From assembly GCA_964016885.1 (NCBI GenBank), contig OZ024745.1:102548001-102612000 (forward strand): 64,000 nucleotides of DNA, read 5' to 3'. This DNA is from Eledone cirrhosa. Taxonomy: Eukaryota. This document shows positions 13,291-27,325 of this stretch, in pieces (the first letter of the stretch is position 1; the number at the start of each line of letters is the position of its first letter). The notes under the pieces were generated by a model. That model had not been told where the DNA came from. It made no database searches and worked only from the letters and a program-made list of their open reading frames with translations. The position numbers and the translations under genes are program-made.

Positions 13291-13707
13291 CTAGGGCGGG
13301 TAAAATTCTCGAGATCCATGGACGAGTTCTCTCCAGCGGTCTCTGTCCCTCATTATCGCTGCCATGTCCTGCGTCTCCAACAGACCAGTGTCTGTCCTTA
13401 GGGCATCAGCATACGTAAACCTTGGTCTTCCTCTTCCAGTGTGTCCATGTAGGTGAGCATGTCCAGCTAACCTCAGTCTCCTCAGTGTCACTTTTGAGCT
13501 GACTTTTGGGAGGCTCCCATGCAGCTCTGAGGTTTTCATCCTCAGTGTATACTGCTTAATGTTCAGAGCCATCCTCAGCATTCTCATGTAGCACCCATCC
13601 ACCATCTGAGTGAGTTTCTTGGTCAGTGTCCAAGTCTCAGACCCGTAAGACCCGTACAGCAGCACAGACTCCACTACAGCAATGAAGAGGCAGATTTTCA
13701 GGTCTTT
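13291..13707 (-). mobile_element. RTE-like LINE ORF C-terminal fragment (a different family)
   Basis: Encodes VESVLLYGS(YGS)ETWTLT...RRLRLAGH...GRGRPRFTY, with a 9-bp internal duplication. Confidence 0.8.
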
Positions 13708-13736
13708 ACATAAGTATATGTATATATATATATATA

Positions 13737-14101
13737 CCGTGACTTCTGGCGTCACGCAGTAATACAGGGTACCCGACCTCCCATGGGTACATGCTGAAGC
13801 ATATAAACAATATGCCCCCACTCCCCCCACCGCAAGGTGGTCGTGGAGGTGCCACAGCAAAAAAGCACCCAGCCCACACTGTAAAGTGGACGTGTAGGCG
13901 CCACGAAAAAGCACCCAGCACTCACTGTAAATGAGGTTGGTGTTAGGAAGGGCATCCAGCTGTAGAAATCAAGCCAGATCAGTTCCTGTATGAGCAAGGC
14001 ATGGTCAGCCGACCAGACACTGCCCACAACAGGACAACCCGTCTAACCCATGCTAGCGTGGAAGAACGGACGTAAAACGGTGATGATGATGATGATGATG
14101 A
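13737..14101 (+). mobile_element. 5'-truncated RTE LINE (3' UTR), same family as 35100-36665
   Basis: Near-identical to 36305-36665, with a (GAT)n tail; flanked by (TA)n. Confidence 0.9.
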
Positions 14102-14137
14102 TATATATATATATATGTATATATATATGTATATGTA

Positions 14138-14203
<66 letters not shown>

Positions 14204-14801
14204 TATATCAAGTAAGTATGTTTTGAAACAGTGAGCGAGTTTTAAATTAGAAAATATATAGCTTTCACCATATTTTTAACTAAAGGAATTTTAGCTTGAT
14301 AACGGGGTTTAGAACCCTCAGATAAATGGAAAAAGATGAGTATTGACATATATGTGGAGGCATATGGCTTAGTGGTTAGAGCATTGGTCTTGCAATCGAA
14401 AGGTTGTGAGTTCAATTCTCAGCAGACCGGGTGATGTGTTGTTTCCTTGAGCAAGACACTTTATTTTTCACATAGCTCCAGTTTACTCAGCTGTAGAAAT
14501 GAGATGATAGGGACTGGGGTCGCTATCATTCCACTGTAGAGTGGTCGTGGAGGTGCCACGGAAAAAAAAAGCACCCAGCACTCACTGTAAATGAGGTTGG
14601 TGTTAGGAAGGGCATCCAGCTGTAGAAATCAAGCCAGAATCAGTTGCCGTCCCACCCTTGCAAGCAGGGAAAAGTGGACGTAAAATGAAATGATGATGAT
14701 GATGATGATATATATTATGGAATACTGTTAGCTTCTTGCTACAACAATTTCTATACTTTTCATTTATATATATATATATATATATATATATGCATATATG
14801 C

Positions 14802-14852
14802 AGTTTCAGAAGATCCTGTTAAGGGTGAAAGCAGCGATTCTTTGCTTAAACT
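14802..14852 (+). ncRNA. Hammerhead-like motif with variant core (CAGAAGA)
   Basis: AGTTT-CAGAAGA-TCCT gttaa GGGT-GAA-AGCA gcgattctt TGCT-T-AAACT forms three helices in type I order. A second copy lies at 50407-50457. Confidence 0.5.
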
Positions 14853-14921
14853 TTAATCTGTTATTTTAATAAATAAATATATATATATATATAAGTATAT
14901 ATATATATGTGTGTATATATA

Positions 14922-15006
<85 letters not shown>

Positions 15007-15428
15007 ATATATGTGTAGTGGGTGTAGCTATATTCAAATTTATAAATCTATATTAAATAATCTGCAGCATTTCATATCTTGTTGATATATTATTTGTATT
15101 ATTGTTATTATTATCATTACTATTATTATTGTTATTATTGTTTATCAATAAAATATGGTAATGTTATATGATCTATCTTCATATACAGAATTCATGTCTC
15201 CATGAAATTAATAAACCAATAAGTCTGTAAAATTAAAATTGTCATTCTGTTTATTATATTTTGATTCAATGAGAAATAGGAAATCTTTCATATTTTAAAC
15301 ATTTGAAAAAAAAATGATACTTATTGATTATTCTCTATTGCAAAAACCTTCTCTATCTCTCTATCTATCTCATTGATGATGATGATGATATATATATATA
15401 TACATATATATGTATATGTATGTGTATT

Positions 15429-15531
<103 letters not shown>

Positions 15532-16073
15532 CGTTTCTGAATTTGTTTAGCAAGATTCTTTATATGAAATCGTGTGTTGAAACCGATATTGTTATACTTT
15601 GGGAGGGTCATGTTGCCAATAAGAAACACACGCACCAGTTGCTTTCACTTCAATTTATTATAATAAATTTATAATAAATTTATAAATTTATAAATTTCTG
15701 GTTGGTTGGTTGGTTCCACAACCAGATAGTTGTTTATATATAGTCATAGTTCTTTCGTCACACACTCTGTGACCTCTTCAGTGACTGGGGATTCCTTTCT
15801 TTGTTTCTGTGCCTCTCCTTTGTTCTCTCCTACGCCATTTTGTTTCTGTGTGTGTGTTGTGTGCTCAGTCTGCGCATGCGCCACATCCGGGTGTCTGTGT
15901 GTGTTTATGTTCATTTATTTATTTGTTTATTTACATGTTACTGGTTGGTTGTTTGTTCTATGTGTGTGTTTTCATTTTGTCCTTAATTGTAAGTTGTGAT
16001 GTTGCTGTTCCACTCATATTTTCTATTTAATTTTGGTTGTAATTCTTTTATGTTTATTGCCTCTGTAATTTGT

Positions 16074-16753
16074 CTAAACATTGCGTCTTTTCTGTGTGTA
16101 GATTCTATTTTTATTTCTGTTCTCTAATTTACCCTTGTGTTCTATTTTAGCATGTTGGTAGAGTACAGATGATTCTTTACTATCTTGAAGGTCTCGCCAG
16201 TGTTCATTTATCCGTTCCCCTACACTACGAGCTGTCTCACCTATGTATCCTATATTTTTGTCTCTACATTGTCCTTCAGTACATCTTATGCTATACACTA
16301 CATTTTTAGTTTTACAGTTAATATGGGGGCTTATTTTACAGGTTATACATTTCTTTTCTATACATGAGGGTCTTTGAAATGGGTATGTCTTGCTAATAAG
16401 TGTTTTTACGGAGGTACCTGGTCTTTCTACTATCTTAATATTGAGTTTATGTTTATTTAGGGCCCTTCTAAATTTGTAAGCTAATTCACCTCTAGGGGTT
16501 GTATCGATAAACATTACACTCTGGTATTTATTGCTATCATACCATGAGTTTATTCTATTAGCTTTGTTCCTAGTTCTTTCTATTCTATTCCAAAATTTGC
16601 TCCTATACAAGGGGCAGGTCCCATTTATGTCATTATTTACCATTTTTTCCCATTTAGTTCTGGCTCCTCTATATACTCTGATTTTATCTCTCTGAATGTA
16701 GCCAGAGAACTGCATACGGTGGATGAAGTGTTGTATGTGTCTTTCTAGTTCTT
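16074..16753 (-). pseudogene. Inverted partial copy of the PLE ORF (thumb/linker + GIY-YIG)
   Basis: Encodes NCKTKNVVYSIRCTEGQCRDKNIGYIGETARSVGERINEH. It is open across the site where the plus copy is frameshifted, but has its own frameshift near the C-terminus. Confidence 0.85.
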
Positions 16754-19096
16754 GCGACGAGTCCACGCCACGACTCTACCATTTAACAAACGCACGCAAT
16801 TGCCGTCGCAGGTCGATGAACAAACAGAAGCATAATTTAGTATAGCTAGATCCGAACTTAGAAATATTATAGAACAGTATAGCAAGAAGCATAATAGAAT
16901 GGAGGCCCAGCAACTGGGAGAAAAATCTTCAAATGGCTTGCGTAAGCTCATGCAGCGCTCGCGTAATGGAGAGATAGCATGCTTTGCAACAGATAAGTCT
17001 GGCAGAATGTCGGTTGACAGTCTGCCAAATTACATCCAGGCAATGCAACCCCACATCACTAACACAAGAGAGGTAACACCACAGGAGCATGAGGATAGAG
17101 AAAAAGCCCTCAATGCCCATATGGTGATGTGGACGAATATAATGCAGCCCAACAAAAGGACTGCCAACAACTTCCAGGCCTGGAACAATGACGTGCCGGT
17201 GTTGTATGGGCTTCGAAAAGACCATAAAACGGGCTGTGACCCTGTCGCGTGACCACAAACACGGCCAGTCTGTGGAGCTAACATTGCTAGTAACTACAGA
17301 CTGTCCTACTTCCTCTCCCTGATCATACGCCCCATCATTCAAATGTCCCCAGATGTATGTGACAGCACGGAGGACCTCCTCAGCAGAATCGGCGTGAGTA
17401 ACCGATCTAGGGACCTAACAAACTGTATAATAGGTAGTATGGATGTTGTGTCCCTGTATCCATCTATTGACGTGGATTTTGCTGTGGAGAAATGCGTAGA
17501 GTATGATCAGTGAGAGCAATGTTGAGTTCAGTGGGATTGATACCAGTGAGCTGGGACACCTACTTAAACTTACCTATAGTAATAATTACCTAGACACATA
17601 TGACCTTAGCAACCTGTGCCCTACAAGACCAGCAAGAGGCAGACCACCTACCATTACCTCAATGGCCAATAAAACCCACACAGATAGATGGAACGGGTGG
17701 ACCAGAGCCATACGGACACCCGAAAACCACAATGAACTGAAGAAAATGATTGCACATGCGGTAGGGGCCAGCATAAAACTAACCCTTAAGGAACATATGT
17801 TCAAATTTAATGGAAAAACATATGCCCAAGAGGAAGGAGCAGCCATTGGTGTTAGCATTGCAGGCGACATAGCTAACTTATTCATGGTATGGTGGGACAG
17901 TAGACTTAAACTTAAACTTAAAGAACAATTAGAAGACCCCTTAACCCTGATAATGTACTCCCGCTACGTTGATGATATAAACATCGTAGTTAAGACACCC
18001 CCACTAGAGAACAGTCAGGAACTAGAGAAAAACACAATGGAAAGCATCCAGCAAATAGCTAACTCCATCCACCAGAGCATTAGAGTTACTATAGACTACC
18101 CAAGTAAACACCCCAACCATCGATTACCTGTACTAGACACAGAGCTCTGGTTAGATACCATTAATAACAAAAAACAAATCCTCCATTCCCATTATGCCAA
18201 ACCCATGACCTCCAAACATCTGATCCACCGAAACTCAGCCGTTTCGGACCATACCAAAATCAACATACTGATTGCGGATTTGGTATGGGTGATGAGAAAC
18301 GTGTCCCGCATGTGCAACCCCGAAGAACTAGAGAGACACATACAACACTTCATCCACCGTATGCAGTTCTCTGGCTACAATCAGAGAGATAAAATCAGAG
18401 TATATAGAAGAGCCAGAACTAAATGGGAAAAAATGGTAAATAATGACATAAATGGGACCTGCCCCTTGTATAGGAGCAAATTTTGGAATAGAATAGAAAG
18501 AACTAGGAACAAGGCTAATAGAATAAACTCATGGTATGATAGCAATAAATACCAGAGTATAATGTTCATCGATACAACCCCTAGAGGTGAATTAGCTTAC
18601 AAATTTAGAAGGGCCCTAAATAAACATAAACTCAATATTAAGATAGTAGAAAGACCAGGTACCTCCGTAAAAACACTTATTAGCAAGACATACCCTTTTC
18701 AAAGACCCTCATGTATAGATAAGAAATGTATAACCTGTAAAATAAGCCCCCATATTAAACTGTAAAACTAGAAATGTAGTGTATAGCATAAGATGTACTG
18801 AAGGACAATGTAGAGACAAAAATATAGGATACATAGGTGAGACAGCTCGTAGTGTAGGGGAATGGATAAATGAACACTGGCGAGACCTTCAAGATAGTAA
18901 AGAATCATCTGTACTCTACCAACATGCTAAAATAGAACACAAGGGTAAATTAGAGAACATAGAAATAAAAATAGAATCTACACACAGAAAAGACGCAATG
19001 TTTAGACAAATTACAGAGGCAATAAACATAAAAGAATTACAACCAAAATTAAATAGAAAATATGAGTGGAACAGCAACATCACAACTTACAATTAA
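16754..19096 (+). pseudogene. 5'-truncated PLE polyprotein (RT, GIY-YIG), probably Naiad-like clade
   Basis: Motifs: TDKSGR; LYGLRKDHK; RPVCGA; GSMDVVSLYPSID; QEEGAAIG; RYVDD; LPVLD; HYAKPM; VVY...YIGET. Lesions are a TGA at 17250 and frameshifts at ~17502 and ~18758. The long insert between RT motifs A and B suggests Naiad (recalled knowledge). Confidence 0.88.
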
Positions 19097-19292
19097 GGAC
19101 AAAATGAAAACACACACATAGAACAAACAACCAACCAGTAACATGTAAATAAACAAATAAATAAATGAACATAAACACACACAGACACCCAGATGTGGCG
19201 CATGCGCAGACTGAGCACACAACACACACACAGAAACAAAATGGCGTAGGACAGAGCAAAGGAGAGGCACAGAAACAAAGAAAGGAATCCCC

Positions 19293-19337
19293 AGTCACTG
19301 AAGAGGTCACAGAGTGTGTGACGAAAGAACTATGACT
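19293..19337 (+). ncRNA. Minimal type I hammerhead ribozyme in the PLE pLTR (mirror copy at 15742-15786, minus strand)
   Basis: AGTCA-CTGAAGA-G-GTCAC agagtgt GTGAC-GAAA-G aa C-TA-TGACT. Confidence 0.75.
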
Positions 19338-19544
19338 ATATATAAACAACTATCTGGTTGTGGAACCAACCAACCAACCAGAAATTTATAAATTTATAAA
19401 TTTATTATAAATTTATTATAATAAATTGAAGTGAAAGCAACTGGTGCGTGTGTTTCTTATTGGCAACATGACCCTCCCAAAGTATAACAATATATATATA
19501 TATATATATATGTGTGTATGTGTATATATATATATATATATGTG

Positions 19545-19576
<32 letters not shown>

Positions 19577-19649
19577 TCTGTGTGTCTGTGTTGTGTATAT
19601 AATCTACCATTAGAAAATCTATAAATACCACTATAACACATTGACAGTC

Positions 19650-19701
19650 GGCTTCCCTGATGATTTACTTTGAATGAAACAGTTCTAGTCCTGTAGAAGC
19701 C
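19650..19701 (+). ncRNA. Type I hammerhead ribozyme in a short insert between microsatellites
   Basis: GGCTTC(c)-CTGATGA-TTTA ctt TGAA t-GAA-ACAG ttctagtc CTGT-A-GAAGCC, with a GUA cleavage triplet. Confidence 0.7.
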
Positions 19702-19739
19702 ATTTCTATTTTAAATATATATATATGTGTGTGTATGTG

Positions 19740-19820
<81 letters not shown>

Positions 19821-19924
19821 GGTTACACAACAGTTAGTTCACCATCGAGAACAATTGTTCCACCTTAACAGGTCCTTTGGACTGAGTGCTCTACCACTAC
19901 GGATATTACCTTCCAGTGTTCCAC

Positions 19925-19958
<34 letters not shown>

Positions 19959-20651
19959 GGATAAAATACCAACCATGTCTAGTCTATAAAATTCTAATAG
20001 AGTTTCCTAAACTAAATAATCATTTTACTAATATATAGGAACATGGAAAACTGCTTTAGTTTGTCTTAATATAAATATGGTAATGGTCTATATAGCTTAG
20101 CTTATAAAAAATGCTTAAATAAACATTAAACAAACATAACAATAATAACATTAATAATATAATAGAAAAATATGAGAAAAATATGAGAAAAGACATATAC
20201 AATTATTAAATTAATGTGGATTGGCAGTTTCACTAAATCATATGTATATTTTTTTGTTATATTTCATAAACATATTTATTTTATTTTTTTTATTTTAGTC
20301 ATGACAAAAATAATCAAATGATTTAGAATTATATATTTTTTTTACAAATGCTACAATGATTTACTGTTTAGAAATATCAAATATTTCTTAAGGTATTGTA
20401 AAAATACAATTTTGTCATCTTTTCAATTTATTCTTTTTCATGTTTTATATCATAGTTAGAGAGAAGGTCTGTTTTTCTTAGTTTTTATTTTTATTGATAC
20501 TAATAATAATGTTGTTGTTGTAGCTGTTATATTTTATTTCCAGGTCAGCCAAGGTCCAGCAGGATTATGATATAATATATTATAGCTATGACCACTGTGA
20601 CCATCCCATAATTTATTTCCACCTAGTGTATATAGAACTACATAATTCAAT

Positions 20652-20965
20652 GGTAAAGTGTATAAGTGTCTGGCAAAAAGATGCAGGAAGACTGCTGAGT
20701 CCAAGCTAACTGATGAACAGTGTGGTTTTCACCCCAGTTGCAGCATAGCTGACCAAATATTCACACTGTGACAGGTCTTTGAGAAATAATGAGATTACTA
20801 CCAAGAGGCATATACTTGATTCATAAACCTTGAAAAGGCATAAAAATACGTTCCATGGGACTTGTTGTGGAAGGTTGTGCAGGGTTATGGTATTGGATAG
20901 CTTCTTTCTGCCCTGATGTCTCTATATGAATGCTCGATTATTTGTGTTTGGATAATTGGTGCTAA
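20652..20965 (+). mobile_element. Degenerate RTE RT fragment
   Basis: Encodes DEQCGFHPSCSIADQIFTL*QVFEK...FINLEKA. Confidence 0.7.
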
Positions 20966-23489
20966 ATTCAATATATATATATATATATAATCTTTAAAAT
21001 ATATTTTTTTTAAATGTAAGTAAATAATTTCTATGACCACTGTCTAATGAATGAAACCAGTAAAAAAAAGTTTCTACGTTAAAAAACAAAAAAAATATAT
21101 TAAGAAATTTCTGAAAATGTTCAGATAAAATTGGAAATCTCCTTAATTCAAAGAAATTTTGAAAGATACCTTATAAAATGTGTTGACATTTTATTAATTT
21201 AATAACAGAAAACTGTATAATTTAATTAAAGAAAAACTTATTTTTTAGTTACATGAATCTTAGTGTTATTTAATTGTAGTTGGTGTTTAGTTCCAAGTCA
21301 AACCACAATTATGCAGACTACACCTGTATTTTTACCTTTTTCTTCCTATTCTTATATAAATATAAGGTAGTACAAGTTGTCACCCTTGCTGAAACCACCC
21401 TGGAACAGTATTATTACACCCACAGGGTGTTGGACTTATGAGAATAATGTTGTAGGTTTGATTCCTGGGCTGGCTTGCCTGCTGTCTTTATGAGCAATTT
21501 CATTTCACGTTATTCTAGTACACTCAGCTGAAAATGAGTACCAGCAATAGATAGGGGTTTAACCCTGTGATGGATTAGTGTCCAGTCCAAGGGCGAGTCT
21601 TGTACTCTTAGTTGCTTCCCGCCATGAAAACAGGATAAGCACCCGCCTAACGAGTCTTCTGGTTTAAGACAGACTTTAGACCTTTTCTTTTTAAGACTAC
21701 AACTTAACATGTTTTGAGTACTTCCAGTCCATCTGAACATTTCTTAGATTTCACTGGATGTAGATACACTAAATTAGGTAGTTACAATGGAAGCTCAACA
21801 TCCTATTGAGGCACATAAACAATAAATAACTGCAAATATATAAACAAATAAACCTGTGCTGATAAAATCTCAGAAAGGTTTAAGGTACAATAGAACTCAA
21901 CATAATTACTGGTATTACAAAACATAAATAACAAGATAAAACCTATCGTTAACAGGTACTCACTGAAACATTGGAAATGTTTTAAAGTTTTAAATGTTTT
22001 AATGTTTTAAACGTTTTAAAGCTTATATACAGACTTATTCAGAACCTGGTCTGATCTCTTTGCATCCTCATTGCTGAGGGTTGATGACCATCGACAATAC
22101 CACCTGTTCTAATATATATGATACTGTATGTTTATAACTCTCATTGGGAAAAACTGATGTCAGTGGGATCTGAATCCTCGTCTAACCATTACTCAGAAGC
22201 TGGTTACTGAGTCACAGCTCACCTGCCTTCATCAGAAGAATGAAGCTATTGGCCTCTTAAAAGGTGGTCACCAAGGAGACTAAAGAACCCATATATTCTG
22301 GTTTGGAAATCAGTGATCCTTATAGTTAAACTACCAACCAATGATGACAAGCTCTGTCTACTCCTTTTTATTTTACACACTATTGGATAACTACTAACTC
22401 TCCTGAGTTTCTATACTATTTGATGGGTTTTGTTTTTACCCCCAAAATCACTCTCCTCAACAAACAAGCTTGATGGGATTGTTGGTTTAATTGCTGATGA
22501 CCCAACAATGTGACAGGTTGTCCAGGGTTACATGTTACCACTAGCATTTAAGAGCGATCTAAAATTATACTCAGAATAAAGTGGTTAAATAATGAAAAAT
22601 GCAAAAGTAAATTAAAACTTTTAGGGAAAAGTAACAATCAACATTTGAACCATAGATACTGAATGGATAATCTTTATTTCTAACATAGACACAAAATCTC
22701 AAATTTTTGGAATGGGTAGAGTTGATCAAATCAATCACTTTACCTAACTGATACTTATTTCATTGACCCTGGCAGGGTTAGAACTCATGACGCTACTTTA
22801 AAGTATGTATAGGTATATATAAATATAAAATATTGTAAGATTATCCAGAAAACATAATTTGCATCTTTTTACAAATACTTTAGAAACATGGAAACAATTA
22901 TTATACAAAAAACCCAAATACAGTATAGAAAATTGCTCTAACATTTCAAACTAACCAGAGAGTCTTTACTAGAAATAGTAGCCAGATTCCTTTAAATCTT
23001 ACTCTGCTATCTTTAGTAAACAGAGGTCAGTTTTGATAATATAGTTCAACGCACTTCTGAAAAGATTGGATGATCATAGCTGGAATACTTTTGATAACTA
23101 TTTCAGCATTTGGCTTTAATGTAGAGTCCCCCTATTATAAATTTAACAAGAATATGAATTTTATACATCAACACCATTTCGTTAATTATGTAAATTGCCC
23201 AAGGGTTCCACAACAAAGTAACCAATCGACCAATTAGTGATGTTAAACTTAAAATAAATCGATAACAACATTTAACTGTAAGGTATAGAGCGGAGGTGAC
23301 CTAATAAATAAAACAGTCAGCTATAAAAGTTGTGTTTCTGCATCACTTTAACTCATGAACAACAAAATAGAGTAAAAAAGAAAGTGGATTTTCAGCATCC
23401 CTTTAATCATGAGGGCTGAATAAAAAAAATAATAAAGTGTATTCAAATACACAAAATATTATACATAATAAAATTACTATAGATAAACA

Positions 23490-24305
23490 TGAGAGAGTAA
23501 ACTTAGCCAAAACTGAAGTGCTAGTAAGTAGGGAAGAAAATAGAGTGCTGATTCCTTTGGGGAAGTGGTCCTGCTCAGTATGTAAAAAAAGAGTAGGTAT
23601 AAACACTATATGATGTACACAATGTACATCTTGGGAACACAAGAGATGTAGTGGGATATCAGGTAGAATAACAGGAAGGGAAAATTTTATATGTAAAAGA
23701 TGCACAGGGGTAATCAAGGGGAAGAGCATCATTGATATGAAACTTTTCCAATGATATGAAGGACCCATAGAAGTGGTTGATAGGTTTTGCTATCTAGGTA
23801 CACTAATTAGCAGTGGAGAAAGGTGCTCCAAGAGCAAAATACCTGGAAAATTGCTTTGAGAGATACTCCCACTGTTGACAACTAAAGGTTTCTCCCTACA
23901 TACAAAATGACAATTGTATGAAGCCTGTGTGTGAAGTGCCATGCTACATGGTAGTGAAACATGGGCTGTGACTGCAGAAGAAATGCATAGAAAGGAGAGA
24001 AATGAAGCAACCATGCTTTGTTGACTGTGCAAGGCAGAGATTTGAGAAACTGGGTTTAAGAAGAATCCAAAGTGGTATGCAAGAGAGAAGATTGTGTTGG
24101 TATGGACATGTGATACACATGGATAATGATCACTGGGAAAAGCCAGTGGAAGGAAGCCAAAGAAAACCTGGACAAAGTGGTGGGAGGTAATTGCAAATTG
24201 CTGAGACTCTCAGATGATGAAGGAATACAGCGAGTGGAGAGAAGCTGTACTGAAAAGCACCCATCCAAGCATGGAAAAATGGACGTAAAAATGATGATCA
24301 TGATG
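23490..24305 (+). mobile_element. Old RTE LINE 3' part with a decayed PHD region
   Basis: Colinear with 35500-36366 (GKWSCSVCKK...EHKRCSGI...WYGHVI), with many stops and a GAT tail. Confidence 0.8.
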
Positions 24306-24759
24306 CTTGATTGTTTTTAAGTATAGTTTATCAAAATAATTTCAATGTAGAATTTATTTCAGGGAAGAAAAATACAACAGTATATTCACCAATTTTTGTA
24401 TGTTGTATGGAACATGCATCACACATTGTAAATATAAATATTAGTATCGATATACAAACTTGCTTCTTATTTATCCATGTATTAAAGTAAAATTATTCTG
24501 AAGCTGTTCTATATAAATATTTCTAAAACAGGCTATGTGTGGATGTCCTTATGATTAAGAAGTTTGATTTGGCAGCTTCATGAGTGTCTTTTGTTATAAC
24601 TTTGGTCTAACTGAAGCCTGTGAGTTAAATTGAATAATCACAAGATGTCTGGAAATTCAAAAGATGGATTATGCTTATAATTCAAAGGTCCAGACCCATC
24701 ACATTGTCTGCAGAATACTCAACTACATGATAATTTAACAAACAGGTTATTTAGCTCAT

Positions 24760-25083
24760 TCATCATCATCATTGTTTAATGTCCATTTTCCCCCACTAGC
24801 ATGGGTTGGGCAAGTTCTCCTGTTGTGAGCAATGTCAGGTCAGGTGACCATGTCTTGCTTATACAGAACTGATTTTAGCTTGGTTTCTACAGCTGGATGC
24901 CCTTCCTGATGCCAACCTCCCTCATTTACAGTGAGTACTGGGTGCTTTTTGTCATGATGCCTACACAACCACTTTACAGTGAAGGGTGGGTGCTTTTTGT
25001 CATGACACCTACACAACCACTTTACAGTGTCGACTGGGTGCTTTTTGTCATAACACCTACACAACCACTACAGTGTGGGCTGG
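24760..25083 (-). mobile_element. RTE-type 3' UTR element with three tandem ~49-bp units
   Basis: (CAT)n tail at the left; repeated TTTACAGTG...GGGTGCTTTTTGTCATGACACCTACACAACCAC. A similar copy lies at 61915-62265 (+). Confidence 0.75.
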
Positions 25084-25562
25084 ATGTTAACTGAATACTC
25101 ATCACCAAGATCAATGAAGGTTTTCATTTATAAAAGTGTATAGAATAATGCTGCAATATGTTTAAACCTTAATTATGCTGGTTCCATTGTTACTTCAAAG
25201 TTCAGTGCTCAGTGGTAGTAAGAATATTCACATTTTATAAGAGAACATTTTCTCTAACAATATTCACATGTCTCAAAACATGCAAACTCAATCTATATTA
25301 TTTTTAACATAGAAAAACATATTAAATATATTATTGCTAGTATGAATATAATATGTTAACACAAAAGAAAGAAAAACAGATGAGTATTGACAATGAGAAG
25401 TGGAATTATTTTTATGTTTATTCATTTGCAAACATGTTAAATGTTTTAGTTTGTTAAACATTAATAGGATATTGTCTTCCGAAACTGATAACAATAATTG
25501 AAAGAAAATTTGAAATGGAAACAAATTGAAGTGAATTAAAGGAAGGAAGGAATAGAATGTTA

Positions 25563-25722
25563 AATAATTGTTTCTACTTTTTGGCACAAGGCCAGCAATT
25601 ATCCCAGTACATTACTGGTACTTTATTTTATCGACCCCGTAAGGATGAAAGGCAAAGTTAACCTCGGCGGGAATTGAACTCAGATCGTAAAGGGACGTAA
25701 CTATGCTGGAAAGCATATCCGA
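25563..25722 (-). mobile_element. Major SINE copy
   Basis: Reverse complement of the core and tail; head degraded. Confidence 0.85.
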
Positions 25723-26774
25723 TCCTAATGAAGCCATACTAAATTAGGAATACAATTGTTTTTCACTTATTTTCCATTCTACAGAATTTTTTAGACAATG
25801 CAATAATCACATATGACCTTAAATCTCAAGTCAGCAAAGTTCATTTCTTTTAAACAGAAGAAACTAAAATGTACACCTTATAGCTATTTACAATTTTGAA
25901 AGTGAAATATGCATATCATAAACATACTGGCAATCACTGGAATAATTATTATTATAGAAAGGAATATTTATTTATCATTATTTATGATTATTTTTATCTT
26001 GTTTTTATTTGTTTTTCTCAACTGTTAACATGCAAACTGTTGCCTAACAAAGTTTATGATGTGGAAATATAATGAGTAATAAATATTGTTGACTAAGTTA
26101 GTATATCCGAAATCTGTAAAGAAATCCATAAAAACCGTTGTCAAACAGAAGCAGTTAATTCCAACAGATTTATGTTGTTATATATCACAGCAGCCTATAT
26201 TTTTACAATGGTTACTATGCATGCAGAAAGATAACATTTTGCCATATTATTTTCCATTGCCAGAATTATTAAATCATCTAAAAAATACCTTATGGTGTTT
26301 AGTTATGATATTTACGTTCAGAGATCAAATCTTGCTGAGGTCAACATCACTTTTCATCCTTCTGTTATTGATAAAATAAATCATGTTATATTATTTGATT
26401 TTTAATTTCTTCCATGAATATTTCTTAAAGTATTACAACACCTTATTCATTAATTTATGCAATCCTTAAAAAAACTGGTTGTTAGTATTTTCACTTTCTG
26501 GATATTCAACTCCTCTTGATAAATGCAGTGAGAGCTGTAGCTTCTTGTATATCAATGTTTGTTAATCAGATGTAGTTATTTCAGTTACTCCACTAATACA
26601 TGTGGGAAAGTATGGATGTCTCAACTTCTATATTTCAAAAATAATGGAACTAATCACCAATTGAGAGATATATCCCAAATAATTCCCTTAACTTCTAACA
26701 TTAGTGTATGAGAAAGATATATATTTACTCTCATATTGTTGCTTATGTGCAAGATACTTCTGATCTATGTTTAA

Positions 26775-26995
26775 CCCTTTAGCATTTACATTACTCTATA
26801 TTTACTCTTATATTTTCATGGCAAAGGCTCTACCTCACATAATTATCTCACGTAATATCGAATCTATGAGATTTTGATATTATGTATTTTGAGAACAATA
26901 CCTTAACGTCAGTATGAGTGGCAAGTTGCAGCCGGTTTAAACAGAAAGAGGTGAGATAATTGTGGCCGGATATGACCAGTTCAAATGCTAAAGGG
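26775..26995. mobile_element. piggyBac-like MITE (~220 bp)
   Basis: TTAA|CCCTTTAGCATTT ... AAATGCTAAAGGG|TTAA. Other copies lie at 31690-31901, 45738-45944 and 60747-60966 (inverted). Confidence 0.85.
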
Positions 26996-27110
26996 TTAAA
27001 GGTATTTCAGCTATGAGGATCTCATTTACATTTTTTCAGACATACTGTACCAAGGACTGACAACATTATCTTATGCATTATTGATTGTCTTTAGATGTTA
27101 TTATGGGATT

Positions 27111-27325
27111 TGTGGATTGGCAGTATCGGTGGCGGGTCAGATGCCATGCTTTGCAGCATAGAGTTACACGCCTTTATGATCTGAGTTCAAATCCCGCCAA
27201 GGTTAACTTTGCCTTTCATCCTTATGGGGTCGATAAAATAAAGTACCAGTCACGCACTGGGATCGATTTAATCAACTTTCCCCTCCCCAAAATTACTGGC
27301 CTTGTGCCTATACTAGAAATCATTA
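27111..27325 (+). mobile_element. Major SINE, longer-tail variant
   Basis: Has the head, the B-box GAGTTCAAATCCC and the core. Confidence 0.85.

Larger units (their letters stand above)
15586..19494. mobile_element. Penelope-like element (RT + GIY-YIG) with ~1.17-kb inverted arms, between (TA)n tracts
   Basis: 15586-16753 is the reverse complement of 18323-19494 with few differences. The unique middle segment 16754-18322 encodes RT. Confidence 0.92.

Noticed and set aside
17250-17252. In-frame TGA as selenocysteine, as reported for some Naiad elements
   Set aside because: It falls where Gly is expected (G-P-x-x-R-P-V), so GGA>TGA is the simpler explanation. The copy also has frameshifts, and I could not identify a SECIS.
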